A stretch of 64,000 nucleotides of DNA from Raillietiella orientalis (Eukaryota). A model generated the notes under the pieces. It saw only the letters and a program-made list of their open reading frames with translations. It was not told where the DNA came from and made no database searches. The stretch is from NCBI GenBank assembly GCA_036172245.1, contig JAYWIR010000014.1, positions 2,790,001 to 2,854,000 on the forward strand, read 5' to 3'. The stretch's first letter is position 1; each line of letters opens with the position of its first letter. Position numbers and translations under genes: made by a program. Below, piece after piece: positions 38,101-64,000 of this stretch.

Positions 38101-39230
38101 TTTCCAAGAAAATAATTCTAAATTGCCCTGCTACTAGAATGAACTGCTTTGGGTGGATTAAAGAAACCTTCACCAAGTCATTATATTTTGGGAACATTTA
38201 AAAAGAGATGAAAAAAGTGCCATGGGAGCTAACAAAACTAAAGTGCACTTTTTGAAGATTTCTTTCATTTATTAAAAAATGTGGAGTACATAAGAAAAGC
38301 TAAAATACCATGTTATTTGAGTAATCACATAATTTGCTAGTGGCAATTAGCATTCAACAAGAATCTCATCGGAAATGCTTAAACTCCAAAGACTAAATGT
38401 CAGAAGACTGCATACTTTACTAAGTACTACAGGTGTAGGTAAAAGTATGGGGCAAATGTAACACTCAGTGATGCCAAGGTTTTTAGAGGTGAGTGTGTTT
38501 TACATAACGTAAAATAGATATTTTAATAGACTGAGAGACTATTCGCAAGTTACAAGCTGCTGTATGAAAAATCAGATACAAGATTGAGAAATCCAAGCAC
38601 AGATAAAAAGAAAGTAAGAACAAGTGAGGAGTGTTTCATTGTTATGGCTGTACTCTTAAACCACAAATGCATGATGGAAATCCGCAGGCAAAAATGTATT
38701 GGCAATCAATGCCTTTTGCTTAGCTCCGTAATCAAAACCACGCATTCATAAATGAATAATTTGATCTTGGTTTTGTAAGAATCCATGAATACATTTGAGA
38801 TACTGAATATGAAAAAACAAAATGAATGAAAATTTTCACTTTCAACAATGTTTCATTTAATTATTTTTGAGTGGAAAACAAGAACTTGTTATATGTTCAA
38901 GCATAGGAATCATACTTTACTTTGTGAAAATTCTGTGATGCTGAGAAAACAGTGCTGATTTACAATCTCACAAGCAAACAAAGATGTTTAACATGATGAT
39001 TGTATTTTAACAATATTTAAAATGTTTGCTTATATAAAAAAATGCATAAATTATTTCTACAGCTGATCATATTTATACAAAGGGTCATCTGTAATGTGAT
39101 ACTATAAAAATATTCAGGTCCATGAGATCTATGACGAGTTTCCAATCTTACACAAAAATGACTATCATCACAATATTGTATGGCTTTCCCTACACAAACA
39201 ACGAAGACACAATTCAACAATTCGATTTGA

Positions 39231-53508
<14,278 letters not shown>

Positions 53509-55844
53509 TGTGAACGGTACTATGTACACTTAATAATCAAAATATCACATATCCAAATATTGCTACGCTGCATTCTTCCTTTCCTCATATCACATTAACG
53601 GCCCACGTACCGATGCAAAACGTAAACATAGCGAGGAGCGCTGTTGCCCCCATTGAAGGATAAAACTTGCGTACAAATCTTCAGTCGGTTAAACAAAAAA
53701 TTCCTAATCTGAAGAGAGAGAGAGAGAGAGGGAGAGAAAACCTGAATAAATAACAGGAGACGCTTCTATAAGGTAATTTTTCAAAAATGGAATCTTAAAT
53801 CACTGATTGGGGAAGGAAAGAAAAAAAAAATGAAACCGTCATTGCATTTGTAACGTATTCCATTCAACTGTTTCAAATACAATTATGAAACTTTGTTCAT
53901 AATTCAACATAATTGCACTAGAACCTATATTTGGTTGATATATTGAAAAAATCGACCCATCGCAATATTGAAAGAGGAAGTTTTTCAAACAGTTTTGAAG
54001 AGAAAGAGACTAAAATTTACGAATCATTTGAATTTACGAAATTTACTTTATAGATCTCATTCTCTAGTTCAAAATTTCAATCTGATGAAGGTTCGGAAGT
54101 TCTTGGAAGATATGATGGGATAAAACCATAATACTGTTAAAATAATAACACTCTTCGAAGGACACTCGGACTTTGATGTAGGATGATTGTCTTTTTTAGA
54201 AAAACACGTTTCCTACAACATTCTCGATTGTTACATTCATGTAAGACATGGATGAAAAAGAGCTACTGTAGTCACCATATACAGAACATTTTGATTCCCA
54301 GAGAAAGAAAAGAAACGAATAGTAAATAGATTTTTAATTAATTAATAAAAGGTTTTCTGTTTGAGGAATGAAAGAGCATATAAAATATTCTTAATTGCCT
54401 ACGGAAAAAATATGCATTGTAAGTGACGATCATTAGGATAAACTAAAGGATAAGCAACGGTAACTCACTAGTGATCTTTCAACATTTTGTAAGTTCAGTA
54501 ATAAGAAATACATTTCGCTGAAAAATCAAGTGAAATCAAATGAAATGTGCTTTCTTGATGTTAATAGATTTTTTGTCTGTGCAAATTAATAACAAGGAGA
54601 AAACAGAAATTACCATATAAACACGAATAATTTGCATTACTTTATCGATCTTATTTTTTAGCTCAAATAAATTTGCATTGAGAACCAAAACATGATACCA
54701 TTTGAGTCCTGGTAGTATAATAGCATTAATAATAACAATGTAAAATGAAGCACTAGATATGAGCACTATATGTTTGAGCTGCTAGTATGTAAATTTGAAA
54801 AGGGAACAAAGACAGCTTCATGCATCACTTTTACTTTTATGATTGAGGTTAGCTAGCTGAAAGTAGTTATTTAAGCTTGAGACGATCTGTGCACTTAATT
54901 AGCGATATGCAATTTTTGTTTGTTTCCATCTAAAAATTACAGTAGGCTCAAAAAGGAAAGTTAATTTAATAATTCGAATTTCAAACTCAATTGTATTGTA
55001 TTTCTGTAGTTTCTTTATCTCCTATTTACAAAGTAAAGAAGAAAATAGTTTTTCATCAGCTCCTCTTTTATCCTTTAATTCATTACACAATATCCTAAGA
55101 AACCTTTATCAGATGCCATATTTATAAGCATTCTGTAGTGGAAGAAGTATTTTAACGGAGTGATTTTATTTTCAAATTGTCAAATACAATAGAAATGTAT
55201 GTGATCAAAGCAGTTAGAGTGAAAGTGGGATTGAAAACATGAAATCAAAAGTAATTGTATACGTGCAACATTTCTTAAAAAATATGTAGGAGGAAAACAA
55301 AAAACAACCGATTTGTCTTAATTCATTGCCGTAAAGGATATAAAAAGCTTTTGTTTAGATGGAAAAATCAATATGGTATATCACATTTGATTTTCATAGC
55401 ATACAAGTTCCTTCCAGGATGACTTTTCAAAATTCTATATAAAACGCAGGTATTGTCATTGTTTTCTTTTCTTCTATTTCTGGAAGTTTCAAAGATTGAA
55501 TGTCTGAAAGAAAACTGATATTGCAATTTTCGATTCCACATCAAAGATTCATCCCATCCATGGTTTTTAAATCCTTTAGTATAAAGCGTTGGGAATTCTG
55601 TTAGTTGTATTTAGGTGATTGTACAGAATTCTCTGCTTGCAAAATTTGAAATAGGTAAGTGTAGTTAAGCATCCATGAGTTTTTTTTTTTTCATTCCAGT
55701 TCGTTTTAATATGTGTTTGTTCTTTTTAATATGTGTTTATATATGTGAGTTCCCAATAAAAAATTGTTGAATTTTAGATACTAATGAAGAGTGTATTTGA
55801 AAAACGCCAAATAGCGCATATAACTCATACTCAGTTGGTTTAAA
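53509..55844. promoter_or_regulatory. Divergent (head-to-head) upstream region of PIK3CA and DDX23, with a (GA)n tract at 53713-53737
   Basis: Start codons at 53508 (-) and 55845 (+) face outward. CpG is locally more frequent around 53400-53700. Transcription start sites are not identifiable. Confidence 0.55.
54600..54770 (-). mobile_element. Short possible BEL/Pao RNase H relic
   Basis: SFYIVIINAII..GLKWYHVLVLNAN (~FVxNRxxxI...WxHV...NPAD). Confidence 0.3.
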
Positions 55845-58800
55845 ATGGTTATTGACGAAAAAAGAAACTCTCCATACAAAGATAGGCGACGTTCGAGATC
55901 AAGGTCAAATGATAGAGATTTCGATAGAAGAAAAGACAGACGTGATAGAAGCATAAGTCGTGAACGAGATCGAGACAGAAGATATAAATATAAAGATAGG
56001 AGTAGAAGCAGAGACAAAGATAGGAAATGCCACTCAAGATCACGATCCAAGTATTATATAGGTTATTTATTTTTTTATTCATCCACTGTGAATGTTAGGT
56101 CACCTATTCATAAACATGAGAAAAGTTCTACAAAGTCAAAAGAGAGTAAAGATTCGAGTTCAAATTATGCTGCTAATGATGAATCAGTTAAGCAGGAATT
56201 GTATATGGAAGAAGAGGAAATTCCAAAAGTGAAACGTGAGCCTCTTTCCTTAGAAGAATTGATAGCAAAAAGAAAAGCTGAAGAAGAAGCACATAGCAAA
56301 GTAATTTGAAAATTGGTGAAGTTTTGTGCATCACTATTTTTACCGAAATGTGTATAAGATATGCATGCATTTATATGGTTTGATCAAAGCCACTCAACTG
56401 GTTTGCATCCTTTTTCGTTTAGAAGTATTTGGAAGGCACTTCGAAAAAATGATTATAATTAACTTGAATAGTATTTAATATGTCATGATAGCAATCTGTT
56501 ATACATTTATCATACCTAAAAATTTATGCCTTTGGTGATTCTTAACTTGTAACATTAATGATTTGAAAAGTGTAATAACTTTAATTTTGCCTATTAATGC
56601 AAGGAAAGCATCTGAATCATAATTATTATCTTTGCAAATCTGCAAAAATGTATAAGTACGTAAATTCAGTTCGTTATTTTGGATATGACATTTTGAATTT
56701 ATGCAGTTTTTAACTTTGAAATAAGTAAATGACGTAGCTACAATTTATTCATAGAAATAACTATGATAAACATTGAAATAGTTCATCAGTGCCATTGGTT
56801 AACCTTTGAAAGCATATTTGTTGTGAATTCTTTCAATTGCATTTTTTAAATTTTGAAAACTTTGCAATATTGTTGGAGAGGAATTGAATTGTATAATTTA
56901 TAGAGAACTGTTTTTGTAGCCCAAGTTTTTAAGTAAAGAGGAAAGAGCCATGGTTGCTTTGAAACTTCGCCAGGAACATGCAGATGCTGTTCGTCGACAA
57001 ATGGAAGAGGATAAAAAAAAGCGTTTGCAATTTGAAGTTGATGCTGAACGGTCATTAAAAGATAACAGAGAAAAAGAAAGAAATCGAGAAAGAGACAGAG
57101 AAAGAGACAGGTATGCAACAAATAGTTGAAAATTCACTTTTATCAAGAAGTTCTGCTAAAGAAAACATTATTCTGTAGGCATCGTGAGAGAGATCGAGAT
57201 CGTGATAAAGAAAGGGAACCAAAAGAAAGTAAAGAAGCAGTTGACACTACTGACAAAGATAAAGAAAAAGAATCAGAAGCCATCAGAGAACGTTACCTTG
57301 GTATTGTAAAAAAGAAACGAAGAGTAAGAAGGCTAAATGATCGCAAATTTGTGTTTGATTGGGATCAGAATGAAGATACATCAGTTGATTATAATGGGTT
57401 GTATAAGGAAAGACATCAGGTATATGATTCTTCCTATTTAAATCTATCCATAGAATGGATATAGGTACAATTTTTTGGTCGTGGTCATGTGGCTGGTATT
57501 GATATAAAAGCACAAAAAAAAGAGCAGTCAAAATTTTATTGTGACCTTCTGGAAAAGCGAAGAACCCAGGCAGAGAAAGACCAGGAAGAGTAAATATTTT
57601 CATTTGATTGTCTACTTTGTTTTTATGGATGGATATTTACAGTACATGCACATATATAATGCATATGGGTGTATAATGATAAAAACTTTTTCAGAATACG
57701 ATTAAAGAAGATCAGGAAGAAGGAAGAAAAGATCAAATGGGATGAACGCCACTGGTCCGAGAAAAGTCTAGATGAAATGTGTGATCGTGATTGGCGTATA
57801 TTTCGGGAAGATTATAATATTGCTATCAAAGGTGGAAAAATCCCCAATCCCATCCGTTTCTGGGCTGAGTCCCGCATCCCAAAAGAGATATTAGAAATAA
57901 TTGATAAAGTTGGCTATAAAGAGCCAACACCAATACAGAGACAAGCAATTCCTATTGGTCTTCAAAATAGGGATATAATTGGAGTGGCAGAAACAGGCTC
58001 TGGGAAGACTTTAGCTTTTCTTATTCCTCTGCTTGTGTGGATACAGTCCTTACCAAAAATTCAGCGGATTGAGGATGCAGATCAAGGTCCATATGCCATC
58101 ATAATGGCCCCCACAAGAGAACTTGCACAACAAATTGAAGAAGAGACAAATAAATTTGGAGGCCCTCTTGGGATGCGAACAGTTGCTGTGATTGGGGGTC
58201 TCTCAAGAGAAGAACAAGGGTTTAAATTGAGGCTAGGTTGTGAAGTGAGTGTCCTATACATTATTGGTGAAAATTAACACATGCTTTTATAGATAGTAAT
58301 TGCTACACCTGGACGGCTTATTGATGTCCTAGAAAATCGATACCTTGTGTTAAGTCAGTGCACTTATATTGTGCTAGATGAAGCTGATCGCATGATTGAT
58401 ATGGGATTTGAAGGCGATGTCAAAAAAATTCTTGAATACATGCCTGTTACAAATCAGAAACCAGATACAGATGATGCTGAGGATGAAGCAAAGTTAATGG
58501 CAAATTTTGCAACTAAAGAGAAATATCGTCAAACAGTTATGTTTACTGCTACTATGCCCCCAGCTGTGGAACGTTTAGCACGCTCTTATTTACGTCGTCC
58601 TGCAGTAGTATACATTGGTTCAGCAGGAAAACCCACAGAGCGCACAGAACAGATTGTCTACATGGTGTCAGAAGGAGAAAAACGCAAGAAACTGTTGGAG
58701 ATTCTGGAAGCTGGAATCGAGCCTCCAGTTATCATTTTTGTAAATCAGAAAAAAGGAGCAGATGTTCTGGCTAAAGGCCTTGAAAAACTTGGGGTAAATA

Positions 58801-59296
58801 TGTTGCACACTATTGTAGATTTTTTAACGTAATTTCTCTGACATTTTATAGTTCAATTCTTGTACCTTGCATGGTGGTAAAGGACAGGAACAAAGAGAAT
58901 TCGCTCTCAATAATCTCAAAACAGGAGCCAAGGATATTCTAGTTGCAACTGATGTAGCTGGTCGTGGGATAGATATCAAAGATGTGTCTTTGGTGATTAA
59001 TTATGATATGGCCAAGACCATCGAAGGTTTGTGCATTGTCAGTTGCACAGGATTTAACATTCTCTATCGTAGATTACACACATCGTATTGGTCGCACAGG
59101 AAGAGCTGGAAAAACTGGAGTTGCCATATCATTCTTAACAAAAGAAGATGCTCCTCTGTTTTATGAATTAAAGCAGTTACTGATTGCCAGTCCTGTATCT
59201 ACTTGTCCTCCTGAGTTGGCAAACCATCCTGAAGCCCAGCACAAGCCTGGAACAGTAGTTCAAAAGAAACGAAAGGATGAAACTATATTTGCTTAA
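55845..59296 (+). CDS. DDX23: DEAD-box RNA helicase DDX23/PRP28 (U5-100K); 9 exons
   Basis: Exons 55845-56050, 56099-56300, 56920-57110, 57179-57419, 57465-57589, 57695-58244, 58293-58793, 58852-59026, 59073-59296. RS/RD-rich N-terminus, [57 protein letters not shown]-terminal [16 protein letters not shown]. Confidence 0.97.
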
Positions 59297-59316
59297 GGGA
59301 TCTAATTATGAAGAAC

Positions 59317-59322
59317 AATAAA
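59317..59322 (+). terminator. Likely polyadenylation signal of DDX23
   Basis: AATAAA 20 nt after the TAA stop. Confidence 0.6.
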
Positions 59323-59368
59323 AACTTCCATTTACACACATTTTTACAAAATTTTGTATTCCAACAAA

Positions 59369-60305
59369 TCAGTCCATTCGGGTTTTCAGAGTGCGGACTG
59401 TTACTTTGCTCTTCTCACTGAATATGCATTATTATAGGATATTAAAAGTATACACCTTACATGATATAAACAATGCCTCCCCATCCTGATATAGCATCTC
59501 TGTCAAAAGCATTCATAAGGGCTTGTGATATGTTTTCAAACAACTCTTCAGGTGTCATGTCAGGTTTCCAAAGAATTTCACAAATGCCAAACAGCTGTTC
59601 TGCACATGTTCCTGTATGTTATGGTGAGGTGATTTCCTTATTTGTGTAAAGCACACTAACCACACACTACAAAGTCTTCAGGCTCATTTATACATCCAAT
59701 CAGATCCATATTGCAAATGTAGGGCTCCCATGTTTTAGTATTCAGTCCTGCTACTACAGGTTCCACAAAAAATGGACCAAACCTAAATTCCTACAATTGT
59801 TATTGCATACTGGACTGTCATGTAATGACCTTCTCTCATAAAGCAAATTAGAAAGCATTGCACCCATGGCTTTTGGCTGCATTTTTCTATTTTCATTCAG
59901 TTCATACAATTTGGCACGAAATTTTGCAAGCTCAGATACTGTTTGAATATCTGTTGCCAAACCAGTCAAGCCAATATACAAATGTGAACTTATGGGGAAG
60001 ACTTTCTAAAATATCAATACATATTAAAATGACACAAGTGAATTTCGCAAACACGAGCAAATTATTTAGAACAGAAAGTAATGTTGCAGGGCATTCTGAT
60101 ATCTTGCTTCTAAAAATATGAAATAAATACAGACTTACATCAAAACTACAGGATATGGTGTTTAATTGTACACCAAACCTTCGATCTGCTGCTATTGCTA
60201 CACAATCTTTCCCTTTCATTGCCACCATGGCAGAACCATTATATGACATAATACTCTGCAAGGTTAGTTCAATAAAATATTCATTCAGCACACTCACTTT
60301 ACCAT
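59369..60305 (-). CDS. PSMB3: Proteasome subunit beta type-3; 6 coding exons (first is ATG only)
   Basis: Exons 60303-60305, 60139-60255, 59830-60005, 59661-59782, 59461-59611, 59369-59417. Protein [65 protein letters not shown]. Confidence 0.97.
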
Positions 60306-61419
60306 TTTGAAGAAATGTTGTGAGTTCTTTTGATGATGTTCAGATGTAATAATCTCTCATTTAAGGCAATTAAGTATTGCTTGTAAAATTCGATAATTAC
60401 TGTTTGATGGAAAATAAATTCCTTAATTCTAATATGTGCACCAATAACTCAAGCCATTAATGAGTGTTGACAAACTAAAACACGAATGTATATCAATTTA
60501 CCCACACTTCATTGAACGTAATTACAACATTGAACAAAATTCAAATTCACATGAAGTAACTTATCAAGTGGTTTTCAAAATCGAAAATTTTTTTCCTTGA
60601 GTGAATAGTAAGCTCATATGATGTGAATCTACCCTAAATATCGCCAATACAAACAAGACTTGCTATGGAAATAAAGAAAATCATACAGTGCACACGTAAT
60701 ACATGATTACTGTGGAAATTATATGACTCCATTTATTAAAAAACATCATAAATTTTCTAAGTCTACCATGAGAAGTTAATTTCGAACGAAAGAGATAGCC
60801 CACCCAAACAAACATCCTTTCTTGAAATATGATGAAATCATTATCTATGGTCACGTACGAACACACGGGGGAAAATTCCAGCGCAACAACTTCGAATGTG
60901 CATCACACTCGCAAGTTGCTCCACATTCGTTCCTCCGGACTTTCGGACACGCTTACCAGCTTAAACTCTTCGTCACCGTGATCACGCAAAATATATCCAA
61001 AGGAACAATCAAAAATCAAGATCTATTCAGGAAGATTGTGGAAAAAGCAAACACTCTAAATAACGCATTGTAATTCTAATTCTACATTTTTCTGAAAAGG
61101 AGTGTTTTGCATGTTAGGTAGAGGAAAACGTTACCAAGAATTGAACATTCCATGAATAAATTAACTGCTTTTATTTGACAAATGGAGACTGTTTATCATG
61201 AACGTCAGTACAATTGCCGAGTCTTTTCCTTGCATGTTCACAGACTATATTTAGAATATTTTAATTTAATAAACTTATAATTTACAATTACTTATTCTGT
61301 AATAACAAGAGAATAACTTTTACCTGTATGTCAAGTCATGAAGGCTTTTCAGAAAGAAAAAAAAAAATAATCAAGAATCGCAAATACTGAATTTTGTATT
61401 GCTTTTTTTAGAGTGTGTA

Positions 61420-62800
61420 CTTGGGACCATATGTTGCTGTAAGGACTGCTTAGCTGAATGAGTAGTATCTGATGTTTACAGCAGCCGCGTTGAGCATGAT
61501 CTTCGGTTCTTGGAGTGTCGTCGTGAGTGTTCCGAGCACAGAGTTGGTGGAACGTCTACTTAAGTTCATCCCTAGTTATAGGGAGTACATTATCAAAGTT
61601 TTTTTTGGAATTTAGGGGCAGGTAGGAGTTTTACTTGCAAAGGGGACAGGAAATGTGAATTCTACATGTGTGTGTCGGGCTGCTGTAGAAAAACAGTACA
61701 GACTTTAGAACCAGTAAGGAGGCTTTGGGACCAAGTTGATGTTATAGACAGAATTCCCGAAGGCTAACTTAGTGATTCGCCAGCACGAAGCAGTTTCATG
61801 GGCTAGTTCAGTCGGGAGCCCGGAACAGTGCATGAAACCATTCCTCATAAATTATCTTTTGGCAATTTACTACGCTGCTGAAGGAAAGGTTTGGGAGGTT
61901 TTGCTTCACAGAACTAAGAACGAACGAGCAAAACTACATGACTGGAAAAAAAACAAGGCCACATCTAAGGGAATCCTTGCTGAAGTCACATTGTCTTTCT
62001 GGCCTTTCCTGTTTCCCCCAAAGATATCAACTCACCGGAAACAAGGTGCTGCCTTTCAGCATTTTCATTCCACGACAACAAAAACAAGCCACGTAAGATC
62101 ACTTTAGACTTCCAAAATTTCAAATTGCACATCTTGTTGAGGGCGTTATGACGATGGATCGAAAGCGTTCCTTTGCGTGATCACAAAGGGCTCTTCCATT
62201 AATTAGTTAAGACCCATTTCCCGTGCTCCGCAACACTTCAGAGCTCTGGAAAAGCCCGAGGGGAGATCACTTAAACGGAAGAACTCATTCTTGACGACTG
62301 TCACGGGCACCCTGCACAGCTCAAATTGAGCTCTTCCTTCGAATCGTTCGCAGACCTAGTTTGTCTGCCTTTTGTTTTCTTTTCAACTCTGAAGTTTCAA
62401 GGAGCATGAAAGAGTGGTGAATTCCTTTAGGATGTGAGATCCAACGCAGCTTTCAACCTTTTTCTTTTTCCTGCACCGTTTAGATTGCTGTTTGTGCTGT
62501 GCACAAGGAATAAAAGGCTAAAAAGCCACTATGCTGTCAGAAGTCCACTTATACACAGTACAGTACGTCAGGTAAGAGCTTTGTAAAGTAGGGTAGGGAA
62601 ACACTGCCATCCGAAGAAAAAAAAACCTGAGAGAGGGGCAGTAGAAAAATGCTTTAGATCTGGAAGCAAATAGCCCTGAGACCGCAAAACTGGCATGCAA
62701 AGCTCATCGTGCCGAGAACTTTCCGTTCTATGTATACTTTGTAATCGGACTATGCCAAGAGTGTCATGAAAATCGAGGAAATTGCAAACATGTAATTTGA
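61420..62800 (+). mobile_element. Degenerate BEL/Pao RNase H to integrase relic
   Basis: VSVPSTEL (~TIPRLEL), SDS/AVSW..KPFLIN..I....W (~DS..LxWI..KPFVxNR), ATSKGI..FWPFL (~ASRG..WxGPxFL), EKCFR, FPF..IG/SDYA (~PF..GxDYAG). Confidence 0.58.
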
Positions 62801-64000
62801 TAAAAGATGTGCAAAGAGAAAAACACGTTTGCTCTTTACAGCATACACGAATTCCCAACATTTTTATATAATTTTCATTTCGCACCACCATTCAACATTA
62901 GTTGTGAGATGACAAAAAATTGGGTTGCATTAGTGCAGCCTCAGAGAGACAACACTTGCACGTTGGGTGTTCACCTCCCCATGAGAATCCTTCTCCGTGT
63001 CTGTGCACACCCTCATATAATTTACCGACTCATCAAATCGGTTGCATGATGCAAAGGAAGAAAATGTTGAAGCATACGGAAGCCGAGAGAATCAAAGCAC
63101 GCTGAGAGAGATAGAGAGAAGAAAAAAATCAGCACCACAATACGATATTGCTTAAGAAACAGTTTTTTTTTTCCCCCTCTCTTCCGATTAAGTGTGTATG
63201 CACAATTGTCTCCATTCCCACTTCTAATCACAGATTTCCGTTTCGAGCCCATACGAGAGGAAAACCACTAAAGGTCGAATAGCCCACTAATTTTGCATAC
63301 ATTATCGTAATTTTAAAAAACACTTGAACAAGAAATTCAGAAAGTGCACTTTTACATCCGCATATTTACACAAGTACCACACATATTTGACCCTCTAAGC
63401 TAATAGTTGATGATCTCAAGGGACCCAGTCGACTAAATACCAATGACAAAAAAATATCCCAAAGTAACCTACCATAAAAATTTATAGCTATTGAAAGTAA
63501 TGTATTGCATCGATAGAATTATTGATACAATGCGTTTCTTCCTCGATAGAATTAGAGCTTCTCCCATTAAGAGAATGAAACGGTGTGCCTGCGTTCACTA
63601 TGGTTTCTAAGATTTTCATTCAAACTGTTGCCAAATTCTCATCTTAAACAAATTCCAGTTTTAGAATTTTCATTAACATATGGACTCAAATTTTCGAGTG
63701 AACTGCGTTTCTAGGATGAAGAAAACACATATACAGTTGGAACAACTTAAGAGCTCTAAAACTGGACAAATGAATAATGCTTTTTGTTTGAATCACCAAG
63801 ATACTATGGAAATCTAACTTTCCACCTTCTTTCTTCTTAGCATCTTTATTATCAGTTCAAGGCAAGTTTGAAAACTTAATTCAACTTCACTCTTTTCGAT
63901 GAGAGTGACACATTCATTACCGCACTTCATATAAACCCCAATACCTGATCAAATGAAGTTGATATTCCTTTCCCAAATGAAAACTATTGTGAATGGATTC

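Overview
Eukaryotic (invertebrate metazoan) genomic DNA with spliceosomal introns. Four conserved genes could be rebuilt exon by exon from GT-AG boundaries and reading phase: a TACC-family gene (-, 24308-31571, 5' end unresolved), a class IA PI3K p110alpha-type gene (-, 39231-53508, 18 coding exons), DDX23/PRP28 (+, 55845-59296, 9 exons) and PSMB3 (-, 59369-60305, 6 exons). A fifth, GC-rich orphan gene (-, 17479-20258) probably continues through a ~17 kb intron to an exon at 337-501. Much of the non-coding DNA, including the strikingly GC-rich 3-21 kb block whose many long ORFs are spurious, reads as heavily decayed BEL/Pao LTR-retrotransposon pol sequence. I recognised this by eye from protease, RT, RNase H and integrase motifs appearing in the correct order across frameshifts. 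The relics are stacked head-to-tail with no recognisable LTRs and little or no gag, and most intronic copies are antisense to the host gene. The same family has decayed into GC-rich, T-rich or AT-rich sequence depending on position. Protein oddities include DRN in place of the PI3K catalytic-loop DRH, and a TACC Aurora-A site lacking its basic residue. All assignments are manual, with no database search, and relic boundaries are approximate.
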